From NCBI GenBank assembly GCA_965219445.1, contig CBDCNQ010000004.1, forward strand, positions 896,001 to 960,000: DNA of 64,000 nt, in the 5' to 3' direction. The position numbers and the translations under genes were made by a program. Origin of the DNA: Longimicrobiales bacterium. Its GTDB lineage: Bacteria > Gemmatimonadota > Gemmatimonadetes > Longimicrobiales > Gaopeijiaceae. Of this stretch, positions 9,678-19,831 are shown piece by piece; position 1 is the stretch's first letter, and the number at the start of each line of letters is the position of its first letter. A model generated the notes under the pieces. That model saw nothing but the letters and a program-made list of their open reading frames with translations. It ran no database searches and had not been told where the DNA came from.

Positions 9678-10381
9678 AGGCGGATCTCCTGAGCCAACTC
9701 GTGGAGGATCGGCATAACGAGCGAGCCGTGGTCCTGGCCACAAGCCTGGACACCGGGGAGCAGAGTCTCCTTTACCCGTTGGAGACAGGCTCGGAGGTCG
9801 GCCGCGGCGAGACCTCGGACGACCTTCAGCAGGCGGCTTGGAGCGCCCTCCTGAACGACCGCTCCCAGCAGGTGGACGCCCCGGACGGCCGCTTCTTCTT
9901 GCAGGTGCACAATACACCGCTCCGCATGGTGCTGGTGGGCGCAGTGCACGTCGCCCAGCCGTTGGCCCGAATGGCGAGCCAGGCCGGTTTCTCCGTCTCG
10001 GTCGTGGATCCCCGGGAGGCCTTCAACACAGAGGCTCGTTTTCCAGGCGTGAACCGGCTCCTCTCGTGGCCGGAAGCGGCCCTGGTGGATCTGGATCTGA
10101 ATCATCGAACCGCCGTGGTCATCCTCACCCACGACCCCAAGCTCGATGACCCCGCCCTGGAGGCCGCTCTGGGGAGTCCCGCCTTCTACATCGGAGCCCT
10201 CGGGAGCCGTATGAACCAGGGCCTGCGCCTCGAGCGGATGAAGGGGGTCGGCTTCGACGATGCGGCTCTGGCCAAGATTCACGGCCCCATCGGTCTAGAC
10301 ATCGGAGCGCGGACACCGGGGGAGATCGCCGCGGCCATTCTGGCAGAGGTCATCGGAGAGCTCCGGCGGGACGTGACGTGA
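9674..10381 (+). CDS. xdhC: XdhC family protein, Rossmann domain (CoxF-like)
   Basis: VGAVHVAQ, VDPR, LTHDPKLDD, FYIGALGSR, IHGPIGLDIGARTPGEIA; GTG start overlaps upstream stop. Confidence 0.9.
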   Translation: MKADLLSQLVEDRHNERAVVLATSLDTGEQSLLYPLETGSEVGRGETSDDLQQAAWSALLNDRSQQVDAPDGRFFLQVHNTPLRMVLVGAVHVAQPLARMASQAGFSVSVVDPREAFNTEARFPGVNRLLSWPEAALVDLDLNHRTAVVILTHDPKLDDPALEAALGSPAFYIGALGSRMNQGLRLERMKGVGFDDAALAKIHGPIGLDIGARTPGEIAAAILAEVIGELRRDVT

Positions 10382-11031
10382 GCGACACCGGGTCGGAGGC
10401 GGCGGGTCCGAACCGGCCGGCCCCCTCCGGCGTGACCTGTGTGGTGCTGGCCGCCGGATCCTCCACGCGGATGGGAGGACGGAATAAGCTCTTGGAGCGC
10501 GTCGACGACGTTCCCATGGTGGCGACCGTCGTGCGAGCCGCCCTAGCGTCACGAGCCGATGAAGTCCTCGTCGTCACGGGTGAGGACCGAGAGCGCGTGG
10601 AGGCGTGCCTCTCCGGACTCCCAGTGCGCCTGCATCGGAATCCGGACCACGCACAGGGCCTAAGCACGTCCCTTAGGGCCGGTGTCTCGGTCCTCCCAAG
10701 CGGGGCCCGGGCCGTGGCCGTATGTCTCGCCGACATGCCTCTCGTGCGCCCCGCTCATATCGACGCCCTGATCGGGACTTTCCTCACGGATCCCGATGGC
10801 TCCATCTTCGTGCCCACTTGGCAAGGAAAGAGAGGCAACCCCGTGCTGTGGACCGTGGACCTGGTTCCCGAGATCGACACCCTCACAGGGGACATGGGTG
10901 TCAAAGCGCTCATGGCTCGCCATCCCGCCAAGGTGCGTGAGGTCCCCATGGATGCACCCGGCGTCCTCACCGATGTGGACACACCAGAAGCGCTCGAGGA
11001 GCTGACCGCGCCCAATGACGCCCGATCCTGA
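10378..11031 (+). CDS. mocA: Molybdenum cofactor cytidylyltransferase (MocA-like nucleotidyltransferase)
   Basis: LAAGSSTRMGG.NKLL, GLSTSL, LADMP, RGNPVLW, DVDTPE; xanthine-oxidase-family context. Confidence 0.85.
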   Translation: MSDTGSEAAGPNRPAPSGVTCVVLAAGSSTRMGGRNKLLERVDDVPMVATVVRAALASRADEVLVVTGEDRERVEACLSGLPVRLHRNPDHAQGLSTSLRAGVSVLPSGARAVAVCLADMPLVRPAHIDALIGTFLTDPDGSIFVPTWQGKRGNPVLWTVDLVPEIDTLTGDMGVKALMARHPAKVREVPMDAPGVLTDVDTPEALEELTAPNDARS

Positions 11032-11690
11032 TGTCCGCTCTCAAGATCGAAGAGCGCTTCGAGCTCGACGTAGACCCGGACGAAGCTTGGGTCTTCCTCA
11101 CTCAACCGGCCCGCATCGTCATGTGCCTTCCTGGAGCTGAACTCACCGAACACATCGACGAACGGAACTACGCGGGGGCGGTCAAGGTCAAGCTCGGAGC
11201 GGTCACCATGCACTACCGGGGGACGGTGGAGTTCACCGAGTTGGACCACGAGCGGCGGGTCATCCGAATGGAGGGCAAAGGCCTGGAAAAACGGGGCGGC
11301 GGCACGGCCTCTCTGACCATGGAGGGCAGAGTCCGCGGGTTGGAGGGGGGCCGTTGCGAGGTGGGGGTCGTGGCAGACATCCGGCTGGCCGGAAAGATCG
11401 TTCGCTTCGGAAGAGGCATGATCCAGGCGGTCTCGGCGGGGATCTTCAAGGAGTTCACCGCACGGCTGGCCACCGAGCTGGCGGCCGGGAAAACGCGGGG
11501 AGAAGCGTCGGACCGAGACGCCGTTGCTCAACCGCGCCTTACGGGAGAGCCCGCCGCCCCGTGTTCTACGGGAGAGTCCGGCGAGGTTACCAGCACACCC
11601 GCCGGCGCTAGCCCGGAGGCGCTGCCTCTGCTTCCGCTTCTTCTGCAGTCCTTCCGATCGTGGCTCCGGCGCCTCTTCGGGAGGGAGTAG
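11031..11690 (+). CDS. coxG: CoxG-like SRPBCC protein
   Basis: CLPGAEL, VKVKLG, FGRGMIQ, C-terminal amphipathic tail. Confidence 0.88.
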   Translation: MSALKIEERFELDVDPDEAWVFLTQPARIVMCLPGAELTEHIDERNYAGAVKVKLGAVTMHYRGTVEFTELDHERRVIRMEGKGLEKRGGGTASLTMEGRVRGLEGGRCEVGVVADIRLAGKIVRFGRGMIQAVSAGIFKEFTARLATELAAGKTRGEASDRDAVAQPRLTGEPAAPCSTGESGEVTSTPAGASPEALPLLPLLLQSFRSWLRRLFGRE

Positions 11691-12858
11691 GCGGGAGAGT
11701 CAGGATCCGGGCCAACTCCCTCAGGCTGTTCAGGCTATGGACGGGCTTGAAGTCGTCCACATGGGGAAGCATGGCCCGGATGCCCTGGGCCTCCGGCTGG
11801 AACGCCTCGTAACGGAGGAGCGGGTTCAGCCAGATCAAACGGCGGCACGAGCGGTGGAGCCGATCCATGGCCGCGCTGAGCCCCTCCCCCCCTTCCCTGT
11901 CCAACCCGTCGGTGATCAGAAGAACCACCGCGCCCTGCCCCAGCACCCGTCGGGACCAGGAACGGTTGAACTCCTCGATGCAGACCCCGATGCGCGTGCC
12001 GCCATCCCAGTCCTCCACGACGTGGCGGAGGCGCTCGAGCGCCACGTCCCCGTCACGATGCCTCAGGTGACGGGTGGCGTTGGTGAGGCGGGTCCCGAAC
12101 AGGAAAGTATGCACCCGGTCCCTGTCGTTCGTCAGCGCGTGCAGGAAGTGGAGGAGCATCCGGGTGTATCCGCTCATGGACCCCGATATGTCGCACAGCG
12201 CGACGAGGGTGTGAGGACGCCGACGGCGGGCGCGCCACTCCAGCGGTATGGTGGCTCCTCCCACCCTGAGCGTTGCGCGGAGCGTGCGTCGCAGGTCCAC
12301 CTCGGACCCTGTGGGGCTGGGGCGGCGGCGCCGGGTCGGAGGGTCCCGGATCGGGAGGCGCATCCGGGCGATGGCTTCGCGCGCGGCCTCGATCTCCGCC
12401 AGGGACATCTGCTCGAAGTCCTTCTCGGACAGAGCCTCACGTTCGGAGTAGGTCATCCGCATGTCCACCTCCACCCTCTCACGTTCCCGCTCGGCGCCGG
12501 CGCCACTCTCTGCCCAAGCTTCGGCAAGGCGTCTGCGGAGCGGGGAGGGCGCCGGCACAGGCACCTTTGACAGGGATAAAAGCTCCTCGAGGACCGCGTT
12601 CGAGGGTGGGCGATCCGACCAGAAGAGCCTGAAGGCCTCGTAGAACGTTGGCCGGTGCTCGCCGCGTCTCACGAAAACAGCATGGAGTGCCCAGTAGAAT
12701 TCATCGGGGCGGGTGACGTCCACCGACGCCAGGGCTCCCATGGCGTTGAGCACGTCACCCGGACCGGTGGGGAGCCCTGCCCGTCGGAGCAGCCGGGCGA
12801 AGTCGGTCACACGTTGGGTGAGCTGTTCGCCCCAAGCGGATCGGTCAGACAACTTCAC
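11608..12858 (-). CDS. coxE: CoxE-like VWA domain protein
   Basis: MIDAS motif CDISGSM, FGTRLT, WDGGTRIG, ITDGLD, WLNPLL. Confidence 0.92.
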   Translation of the reverse strand: MKLSDRSAWGEQLTQRVTDFARLLRRAGLPTGPGDVLNAMGALASVDVTRPDEFYWALHAVFVRRGEHRPTFYEAFRLFWSDRPPSNAVLEELLSLSKVPVPAPSPLRRRLAEAWAESGAGAERERERVEVDMRMTYSEREALSEKDFEQMSLAEIEAAREAIARMRLPIRDPPTRRRRPSPTGSEVDLRRTLRATLRVGGATIPLEWRARRRRPHTLVALCDISGSMSGYTRMLLHFLHALTNDRDRVHTFLFGTRLTNATRHLRHRDGDVALERLRHVVEDWDGGTRIGVCIEEFNRSWSRRVLGQGAVVLLITDGLDREGGEGLSAAMDRLHRSCRRLIWLNPLLRYEAFQPEAQGIRAMLPHVDDFKPVHSLNSLRELARILTLPPTPSRRGAGATIGRTAEEAEAEAAPPG

Positions 12859-13753
12859 TCAGGATGGCCAGGGCCGGCTCACCGCGCACGCGCGCCAGGT
12901 CGTCCTCGTATTTGAGAAGCACGCCGAGGGTCTCGTTCACCACGTCGCCGTCCAGGCTGGAGCGTCCCAGCGTCAACAGTGCCCGCGTCCAGTCGATCGA
13001 CTCGGCGAGGCCGGGCACCTTGAAGAGATCCTCCTCGCGCAGCCGCTGGACGAAGCCCACCACCTGGCGTGTAAACTCGTCGCCCGCCTCAGGCACCCGA
13101 ACCGACACGATCTCCGTCTCACGCTCCCGCGTGGGATAGTCGATCCAGTGGTAGAGGCACCGACGCTTGAGGGCGTCGTGGATCTCGCGCGTGCGGTTGG
13201 AGGTGATGATCACCACGGGCGGCTCCTCGGCCTTGATGGTCCCCACCTCCGGCACGGTGATCTGAAAGTCGGAGAGCAGCTCCAGCAAGAACGCCTCGAA
13301 CGGCTCGTCGGTGCGGTCCAGCTCGTCGATGAGGAGGACGGGCGGCCCTTCGGGACGGGGCTGCAGGGCCTCGAGGAGCGGTCTGTGGATCAGGAACTCG
13401 TGTGAGAAGACGTCGGACTCGAGGCGTGCTCGATCCGTCACACCGGCCGCTTCCGCGATCCGGATCTCGATCATCTGGCGCGCATAGTTCCACTCGTAGA
13501 CGGCGGACGACACGTCGAGACCTTCGTAGCACTGGAGTCGGATCAGGTGCCGCTCGAGTCCCGTGGCCAGGACCTTCCCCACCTCTGTCTTGCCGACCCC
13601 CGCCTCTCCCTCCAGGAAGAGCGGCCTCCCCAGCTTGAGCGACAGGTAGACGGCCGTGGCGAGAGACCGGTCCGCCACATAGCGCTCCTGCTCGAGAAGC
13701 GCGAGCGTCTCATCGACCGAGTCCGGGATCGAGGCGGGGCCTTCTATGTGCAC
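12845..13753 (-). CDS. coxD: CoxD-like MoxR AAA+ ATPase
   Basis: Walker A GEAGVGKT, LQCYEGLD, Walker B LLIDELDR, TSNRTREIHDALKRRC. Confidence 0.94.
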   Translation of the reverse strand: MHIEGPASIPDSVDETLALLEQERYVADRSLATAVYLSLKLGRPLFLEGEAGVGKTEVGKVLATGLERHLIRLQCYEGLDVSSAVYEWNYARQMIEIRIAEAAGVTDRARLESDVFSHEFLIHRPLLEALQPRPEGPPVLLIDELDRTDEPFEAFLLELLSDFQITVPEVGTIKAEEPPVVIITSNRTREIHDALKRRCLYHWIDYPTRERETEIVSVRVPEAGDEFTRQVVGFVQRLREEDLFKVPGLAESIDWTRALLTLGRSSLDGDVVNETLGVLLKYEDDLARVRGEPALAILSEVV

Positions 13754-13760
13754 GCCCCCA

Positions 13761-14555
13761 CTACGCGCACGCCTCTACCGCACGGCGGGCCATGACGGAA
13801 ACCAGGTGCGCCCGGTACTCGGCGCTGGCGTCGGTATCCGAGATCAGACCCTCCTGGGCCACACCGATGCCGTCGAGGCTTCCCGGCGAGAAATCGGACG
13901 CAAGAGCGTCTTCCATGGCCTCGACGCGGAAGACCTTGTAGCCCGCACCGGACACGGCCACCCGGACCCCGTCCCCGTTCTGGGCCACCATGACGCCCGC
14001 GATGGCATACTTGGAGGCCGGGTTCGGGAACTTGGCGTAGGCGGCTTTCCCCGGAATCGGGAAGCGGACCGACGTAATGATCTCGTCGTCCTCGAGTGGC
14101 GTTTCGAACATGCCCACGAAGAACTCCTCCGCGGCGATCTCGCGCCGATCGGTCACGACCGTGGCCCCGAGGGCGACCATGGCGGCCGGATAGTCGGCCG
14201 CGGGGTCACTGTGTGCGACCGAGCCACCCAACGTGCCACGGTTCCGCACCTGCGGATCTCCGATTCCTCCCGCCAGAGCGGCGAGAGCCGGGATCGCCTC
14301 CTGCACGTCGCCAGAGCCATTCACCTCGGCATGCGTCATCGCGGCCCCGATCACCAGCGCATCACCGTCCCGCTGGATCCCCCGGAGCTCGTCGAGTCCC
14401 GCCAGCGACACCACGTCGCTGGGGGCAGCCATGTCCAGCTTCATGATGGGAAGCAAGCTCTGACCGCCGGCGAGGAACTTGCCAGCCTCCGCGCTTTGCA
14501 TGGCGCCCTGCGCCTCGGCCACCGAGCCCGGGCGATGGAAAGTGAAGTCATCCAT
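13761..14555 (-). CDS. coxM: Molybdo-hydroxylase FAD-binding (medium) subunit, CoxM-like
   Basis: [36 protein letters not shown]. Confidence 0.94.
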   Translation of the reverse strand: MDDFTFHRPGSVAEAQGAMQSAEAGKFLAGGQSLLPIMKLDMAAPSDVVSLAGLDELRGIQRDGDALVIGAAMTHAEVNGSGDVQEAIPALAALAGGIGDPQVRNRGTLGGSVAHSDPAADYPAAMVALGATVVTDRREIAAEEFFVGMFETPLEDDEIITSVRFPIPGKAAYAKFPNPASKYAIAGVMVAQNGDGVRVAVSGAGYKVFRVEAMEDALASDFSPGSLDGIGVAQEGLISDTDASAEYRAHLVSVMARRAVEACA

Positions 14556-14567
14556 GGGTCTTCCCCC

Positions 14568-16937
14568 TCAGCTCGAGGCCTGGGCGTCCCGGATGGTGCG
14601 CCACACGCGCTCCGGAGTCGCCGGCATGTCCATGTGCTCGACACCCAGATGGGCCAGGGCATCTACGACCGCGTTGATGACGGCGGGCGTGATTCCGATG
14701 GAGCCCACCTCCCCGACCCCCTTCACACCCAGCGGGTTGTGCGTGCAGTTCGTGATGTTGTGCCCCGTCTTGAAGAACGGCACATCCGCCGCCCGGGGCA
14801 TGCAGTAGTTCATATACGATCCCGTGAGCAGCTGCCCGCTGTCGTCGTACTTGCAGTGCTCCATCAGCGCCTGCCCGATTCCGTGTGTCACACCGCCATG
14901 CAGCTGGCCTTCGACGATCATAGGGTTGAGGATGCGTCCCACGTCGTCGGCACAGGAGACCGCCACCAGCTCGACGACGCCCGTCCCCGGGTCGATCTCC
15001 ACTTCGGCCACATGGGCGCCGGCCGGGAATGTGAAGTTCTTCGGATCGTAGAAGGCCGTCTCGTCCAGGCCGGGCTCCAATCCCTCCGGATAGTTGTGCG
15101 GCACATAGGCCGCGAGCGACACGTCAGCGAGACCGAGCGACTTGTCCGTCCCGGCCACGGTGAAGCGGCCGTCCTCGAAGACAACGTCCGCCTCCGACGC
15201 CTCCATGAGATGTGCGGCGATCGTGATGCCCTTCTTGATGATCTTCTGCATGGCCTCGTAGATCGCCGACCCACCCACCGCCCCTGAGCGCGAGCCGTAC
15301 GAGCCCATGCCAAACGGAACCTGGGCCGTGTCTCCGTGAACGACCTCGACCTGGTCGATCCCGATGCCCAGGCCCTCGGCCACGATCTGCGCGAAAACGG
15401 TCTCGTGGCCCTGGCCGTGGCTGTGGCTTCCGGTGTAGACCGTGACGCTTCCCGTGGGATGCACGCGCACCTGTCCCACCTCGAAGAGTCCGGCCCGGGC
15501 ACCAAGGGCTCCGGCCACCGCCGAGGGGGCGATCCCACACGCCTCCAGGAACGTCGAGAGGCCGATCCCCCGGAGCTTCCCCCTGGACTTGGCTTCGTCG
15601 CGGCGGGCCTCGAAGCCCGCCCAGTCCGAGAGCTCCAGCACCAAGTCCAGCGTGGGTTCGTAGTCCCCCGTGTCGTACTCCAACGCCACCGGCGTCTGAT
15701 AGGGGAACTGATCCGGCTGGATGAAGTTCTTTCGCCGGATCTCCACCGGGTCGATCCCGAGCCGGCGGGCGGCCACGTCCACGAGGCGCTCCAGCATGAA
15801 GGAGGCTTCGGGCCGCCCCGCACCACGAACCGCGTCCACCGGCACCGTGTTTGTGAAGATCGCCTTCACTTCACCGTAGATGGCCGGCGTGGTATAACAT
15901 CCGGCAAAGAGCGTTCCATGGAGGTACGTCGGGATCGACGGACCGAACGTCGACAGGTACGCCCCCAGGTTGGCGAGGCAGCTCACCCGAAGACCCAGGA
16001 AGCGCCCCTCTCCGTCGAGCGCCAGCTCGGCGTGCGTCACGTGGTCCCGGCCGTGGGCGTCGGACATGAACGACTCCGAGCGCTCGGCGGTCCACTTCAC
16101 GGGCCGCCCAATCTTGGACGACGCCCAGGTCACGATGACCTCTTCCGCGTAATGGAAAATCTTGGAACCGAAGGCGCCCCCTACGTCGGGCGCCACCACA
16201 CGGAGCTTGTGTTCGGGGATCCCCATGACGAACGCGCCCATGAGAAGCCGGATCAGGTGTGGGTTCTGGCTCGACGTGTAGAGTGTGTAGTCGCCGCTCA
16301 CCGACTCGTAATCGCCGATGTAGACTCGAGGCTCGATGGCGTTCGGGATGAGACGGTTGTTCACGATGTCGATCGGCACAACGTGCTCTGCGCCCTCGAA
16401 CGCCGAGTCGGTGGCCGCCTTGTCGCCGATCTCCCAGTCAAAGCACACGTTGCCGGGCGCCTCATCCCAGATCTGTGGAGCATCGTCGGCCACGGCCTGA
16501 TTCAAGAACGCCACCGCCGGAAGGCTCTCGTATTCGACGTCCACGAGTGCGGCGGCGGCCCTGGCCCTTGCCTTCGTGTCGGCAACGACGACGGCAACGA
16601 TGTCCCCCACGTGCCGAACACGCTCCGCGGCGAGCGCCGGGTGGGGTGGCTCGACCATAGGCGAGCCGTCCTTGCTGTGGATCTGCCATCCGCAGGGCAG
16701 GCCACCGATCTCGTCGGCCGCCAGGTCGGCCCCGGTGAACACCGCCGCCACGCCCGGCGCGCTCGCCGCGTCACCCGTGTCGATGCTCGTGATGGCGGCG
16801 TGGGCCTCGGGCGAGCGCACCAGGGCCGCGTAGAGCTGGCCCGGGCGGTTGATGTCGTCCGTGTAGTTGCCCCTTCCCGTGAGGAAGCGGCCGTCTTCCT
16901 TCCGCCGCACGGCGGCTCCGATTCCGTTCTCCGACAT
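14568..16937 (-). CDS. coxL: Xanthine dehydrogenase-family molybdopterin subunit (form II CoxL-like)
   Basis: [49 protein letters not shown]. Confidence 0.93.
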   Translation of the reverse strand: MSENGIGAAVRRKEDGRFLTGRGNYTDDINRPGQLYAALVRSPEAHAAITSIDTGDAASAPGVAAVFTGADLAADEIGGLPCGWQIHSKDGSPMVEPPHPALAAERVRHVGDIVAVVVADTKARARAAAALVDVEYESLPAVAFLNQAVADDAPQIWDEAPGNVCFDWEIGDKAATDSAFEGAEHVVPIDIVNNRLIPNAIEPRVYIGDYESVSGDYTLYTSSQNPHLIRLLMGAFVMGIPEHKLRVVAPDVGGAFGSKIFHYAEEVIVTWASSKIGRPVKWTAERSESFMSDAHGRDHVTHAELALDGEGRFLGLRVSCLANLGAYLSTFGPSIPTYLHGTLFAGCYTTPAIYGEVKAIFTNTVPVDAVRGAGRPEASFMLERLVDVAARRLGIDPVEIRRKNFIQPDQFPYQTPVALEYDTGDYEPTLDLVLELSDWAGFEARRDEAKSRGKLRGIGLSTFLEACGIAPSAVAGALGARAGLFEVGQVRVHPTGSVTVYTGSHSHGQGHETVFAQIVAEGLGIGIDQVEVVHGDTAQVPFGMGSYGSRSGAVGGSAIYEAMQKIIKKGITIAAHLMEASEADVVFEDGRFTVAGTDKSLGLADVSLAAYVPHNYPEGLEPGLDETAFYDPKNFTFPAGAHVAEVEIDPGTGVVELVAVSCADDVGRILNPMIVEGQLHGGVTHGIGQALMEHCKYDDSGQLLTGSYMNYCMPRAADVPFFKTGHNITNCTHNPLGVKGVGEVGSIGITPAVINAVVDALAHLGVEHMDMPATPERVWRTIRDAQASS

Positions 16938-16940
16938 GGC

Positions 16941-17408
16941 TCAGCCCCCCATTTCGGAGGCCGCCGCCTGCACGGCCTTCACGATGTTGTGGTAGCCGGT
17001 GCAGCGGCAGAGGTTGCCCTCCAGCCACTCCCGCACGTCACCTTCGGAGGGGGAGGCGTTGCGGCTCACCAAATCGAGACCGCTCATCACCATACCCGGA
17101 GTGCAAAAGCCGCACTGGAGACCATGATGCTCCTTGAAGGCCGCTTGCATCGGGTGGAGCACTCCGTTCGTCGCGACCCCTTCGATGGTCGTGACTTCGG
17201 CCCCCTCGACTTCGGCGGCCAAAACGGTGCAGCTCTTGACCGACGTGCCCCCAACGTGAATGACGCACGCCCCGCACTGGCTCGTGTCGCATCCGACGTG
17301 CGTTCCGGTGAGCCCAAGGGTCTCCCGCAGAAAGTCCACGAGAAGCGTGCGTGCCTCGACTTCGTGCGAGACCGCTTGGCCGTTTACCTGCATCGAAACG
17401 ACTGGCAT
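16941..17408 (-). CDS. coxS: [2Fe-2S] small subunit, CoxS-like
   Basis: [30 protein letters not shown]. Confidence 0.96.
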   Translation of the reverse strand: MPVVSMQVNGQAVSHEVEARTLLVDFLRETLGLTGTHVGCDTSQCGACVIHVGGTSVKSCTVLAAEVEGAEVTTIEGVATNGVLHPMQAAFKEHHGLQCGFCTPGMVMSGLDLVSRNASPSEGDVREWLEGNLCRCTGYHNIVKAVQAAASEMGG

Positions 17409-17664
17409 GGACGACTCCCTTGTGGGGGAGAAGATTCACGGCCGGTCCCGAGGGATCCGGCCGTGAAGGGGAAGAGGGTTAGGATGGGGGGCGGTAAACC
17501 CCCGGTCAAGCAGGTCGGGTCACCGTGCGGTGAGCGTCGGCCCGAACCGATCCACCCGATCCACCGGTTTTCCGGGTACCAGCTTTCACCCGGTTGCGCA
17601 TCGGCCTCCGAACAGCGACGCTCCGCCGTGTGTCCTCGTTGTATACCCGCATAGGAGGGACGGA

Positions 17665-18615
17665 ATGGTATCTCGACGCGAATGGCTCCGAGTCACCGCC
17701 GGGGCGGGCGCCGCGCTCAGCCTGAACCCCCGCGTCCTGGATGCGCTACGGAGCCAGGAGCTCATCACCCGAGCGATCCCCTCTACCGGAGAGCGACTCC
17801 CGGCGGTCGGCCTGGGCGGCGCCAACACGTATTCTCGGGCCGCGCGCGCCGAGGACTTCGACACGATCGGGGGCGTCCTGCAGGCACTCCTGGACGGAGG
17901 CGGCACGGTATTCGATACCGCGGCCGGTTACGGCCCCTCCGAGGAAGTATCGGGCCGGGTCGCCAACGAGCTCCGGATCGCGGACCGGCTTTGGTGGGCG
18001 ACCAAGGTCAACGTGGCCGGTCGGGGTGGCAGAGCGGCCGATCCCGCCGCGGCCCGGGCGCAGATCGAGCGCTCCGTCGAGCGCCTCCGTATTCCCGTGA
18101 TCGACCTGATCCAGGTACACAACATGGGTGATCCGCCGACGCAGCTCGGAATTCTGGAGGAGCTCAAGGCGACGGGTCGGATTCGCTACATGGGGATCAC
18201 GACCACGAACGAAAGGCAATACGCCGCCCTCGCGGACGTCATGCGCAACGAGCCGATCGACTTCATCGGCATCGATTACGCCGTCGACAACCGGACTCCC
18301 GAAGAGGTGATCCTCCCACTGGCGCAGGAGCGCCGGATCGGTGTCATCGTGTACCTTCCGTTTGGACGAAGCCGGATGTGGCGGCGCATCGGCGACCGCC
18401 CGCTGCCCGGTTGGGCGGCCGAGTTCGACGCGCACACCTGGGCGCAGTTCATGCTCAAGTTCGTCCTCGCCCACCCAGCGGTCACCGTGGCGACCCCGGG
18501 CACCAGCGACCCAGAGCACATGACGGACAACCTCGCCGGCGGGAGGGGGCGGCTCCCCAGTGCGCAGCAAGTCGAGCGAATGATCGAGCTGGCGGAGAGC
18601 CTGCCGAGAGCCTGA
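17665..18615 (+). CDS. Aldo/keto reductase with Tat signal peptide
   Basis: RBS AGGAGG; MVSRREWL; FDTAAGYG, ATKV, QVHN, LKFVLAHP. Confidence 0.9.
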   Translation: MVSRREWLRVTAGAGAALSLNPRVLDALRSQELITRAIPSTGERLPAVGLGGANTYSRAARAEDFDTIGGVLQALLDGGGTVFDTAAGYGPSEEVSGRVANELRIADRLWWATKVNVAGRGGRAADPAAARAQIERSVERLRIPVIDLIQVHNMGDPPTQLGILEELKATGRIRYMGITTTNERQYAALADVMRNEPIDFIGIDYAVDNRTPEEVILPLAQERRIGVIVYLPFGRSRMWRRIGDRPLPGWAAEFDAHTWAQFMLKFVLAHPAVTVATPGTSDPEHMTDNLAGGRGRLPSAQQVERMIELAESLPRA

Positions 18616-18721
18616 CGCTGCCACGGAACCAAGGCTTTCCCGAACCGGCCGCGATGTCGAGAGAGGAATGATCAGACATGAAGGCCCCCCAGGTCGGTGA
18701 CCTGGAGGGCAGGGAGCAGAC

Positions 18722-19768
18722 TCACATCCACAACCGCTCCTCATCCGGATCCTTCTCCGGCACGTACCGAGCCTCGACTCTGAGCTCCAAGTCTCCGATC
18801 ACCTCCACGGTCTCGGGATCCGCGTCGAACCCAGGTTTCCACGCAATGAGCTCGAACTCACCGGACGGCAACTCGAACCTCGCCATACCCTGTTCGTCGG
18901 TCGACGCCCGATAGATGCCCATTCGGACGTCGACCTTGTGAATGGGATCTCCGGTATCGTCGCGAACGACCTCGACCGCGACCGTGTGCTCGGGAGGCCC
19001 AACCGTGCGGAAGCTGACGACGGCAGACGCTTGAAGGTGCGAAGGCCCCCAATCGGCAGCCACGGGGACGGCGGACCATTGGAAGCTGCCTTCCTTCGGC
19101 GGAGCGTCAAAAAAGACCTCAGCCCAATGTAACGCTCGCGTTCCGGGCCATGGCTCGTCCCCCAGACTTCCCTCCCCGACCCTGGTTCCAGCCTCGTCAC
19201 GAACCTCGACAAGCTTCCCCGTCAGTTGGCACCCGGCGGCGCACCTGATTCCTACCTTCGCGCTGAACCTTTCGCCGATCACCACCGGCGTCGGAAGATC
19301 CCACACCGCCACACTGGTCTCGTGGGGCCTGACGGTCGTGCGTACGAGGAGAGAAACCTCCTCGTGGTCCACTCCGTCGACCTCATGGGCTGGGAGGAGG
19401 ATCGTCCAGGTGTGTTCACCAACCTCCATCGGCGCCCTGAGCGAGAGGACCTCCTCTTCGTTCGACCCCTCGTCCTCTTCGTTCAACCCCTCATCATCGC
19501 TCGCCGCTTCATCATCGCTCACGACGTCATCATCGGTCACCGGTTCATCATCGGTCACCGCTTCATCATCGGTCCGCGCTTCATCGTCGGTCCGCGGTTC
19601 CGCGGCCACGATGGACCCATCAGGGGCCAGCGCCTGGACGTTCTCGCCCGCAAGGTCGCAGCCGAACGGACACGTTACACGGACGCCGAGCGTAAGCTCG
19701 CTGCCCGCCTCGACGTCCTGGGGAAGCGGGCTGTTCAGCTCGATCAGAGGCGAATGTGTCTCTGGCAT
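18722..19768 (-). CDS. Hypothetical acidic protein with two CxxGC beta-sandwich-like repeats and a C-terminal carboxypeptidase-regulatory-like domain
   Basis: TCPFGCDLAG and RCAAGCQLTG repeats; C-terminal DTGDPI...STDEQGMARFELPSGEFEL..WKPGF. Confidence 0.65.
   Translation of the reverse strand: MPETHSPLIELNSPLPQDVEAGSELTLGVRVTCPFGCDLAGENVQALAPDGSIVAAEPRTDDEARTDDEAVTDDEPVTDDDVVSDDEAASDDEGLNEEDEGSNEEEVLSLRAPMEVGEHTWTILLPAHEVDGVDHEEVSLLVRTTVRPHETSVAVWDLPTPVVIGERFSAKVGIRCAAGCQLTGKLVEVRDEAGTRVGEGSLGDEPWPGTRALHWAEVFFDAPPKEGSFQWSAVPVAADWGPSHLQASAVVSFRTVGPPEHTVAVEVVRDDTGDPIHKVDVRMGIYRASTDEQGMARFELPSGEFELIAWKPGFDADPETVEVIGDLELRVEARYVPEKDPDEERLWM
19491..19600 (-). repeat. In-frame 18-bp imperfect tandem repeat (about 6 units, TDDEAx)
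   Basis: Repeated tcatcatcg(g/c)tc..cg; protein TDDEAR TDDEAV TDDEPV TDDDVV SDDEAA SDDEGL. Confidence 0.9.
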
Positions 19769-19831
19769 GGACAGGTCCCAAAAATATAGAACGAGCCCTC
19801 GGGCTCTAGGATCCCGCTCGATGCCAAGAAA

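Noticed and set aside
14568..16937. True form I aerobic CO dehydrogenase
   Set aside because: Lacks the AYxCSFR Cu-binding cysteine, and the gene order is S-L-M
13746..17654. Long plus-strand ORFs of 513 and 772 aa
   Set aside because: Antisense shadows of coxM/L/S in high-GC DNA with no recognisable motifs
17409..17664. Moco riboswitch upstream of coxS
   Set aside because: No recognisable conserved motif by eye; a covariance search would be needed
19491..19600. CRISPR-like array
   Set aside because: Contiguous in-frame 18-bp coding repeats with no unique spacers and no cas genes
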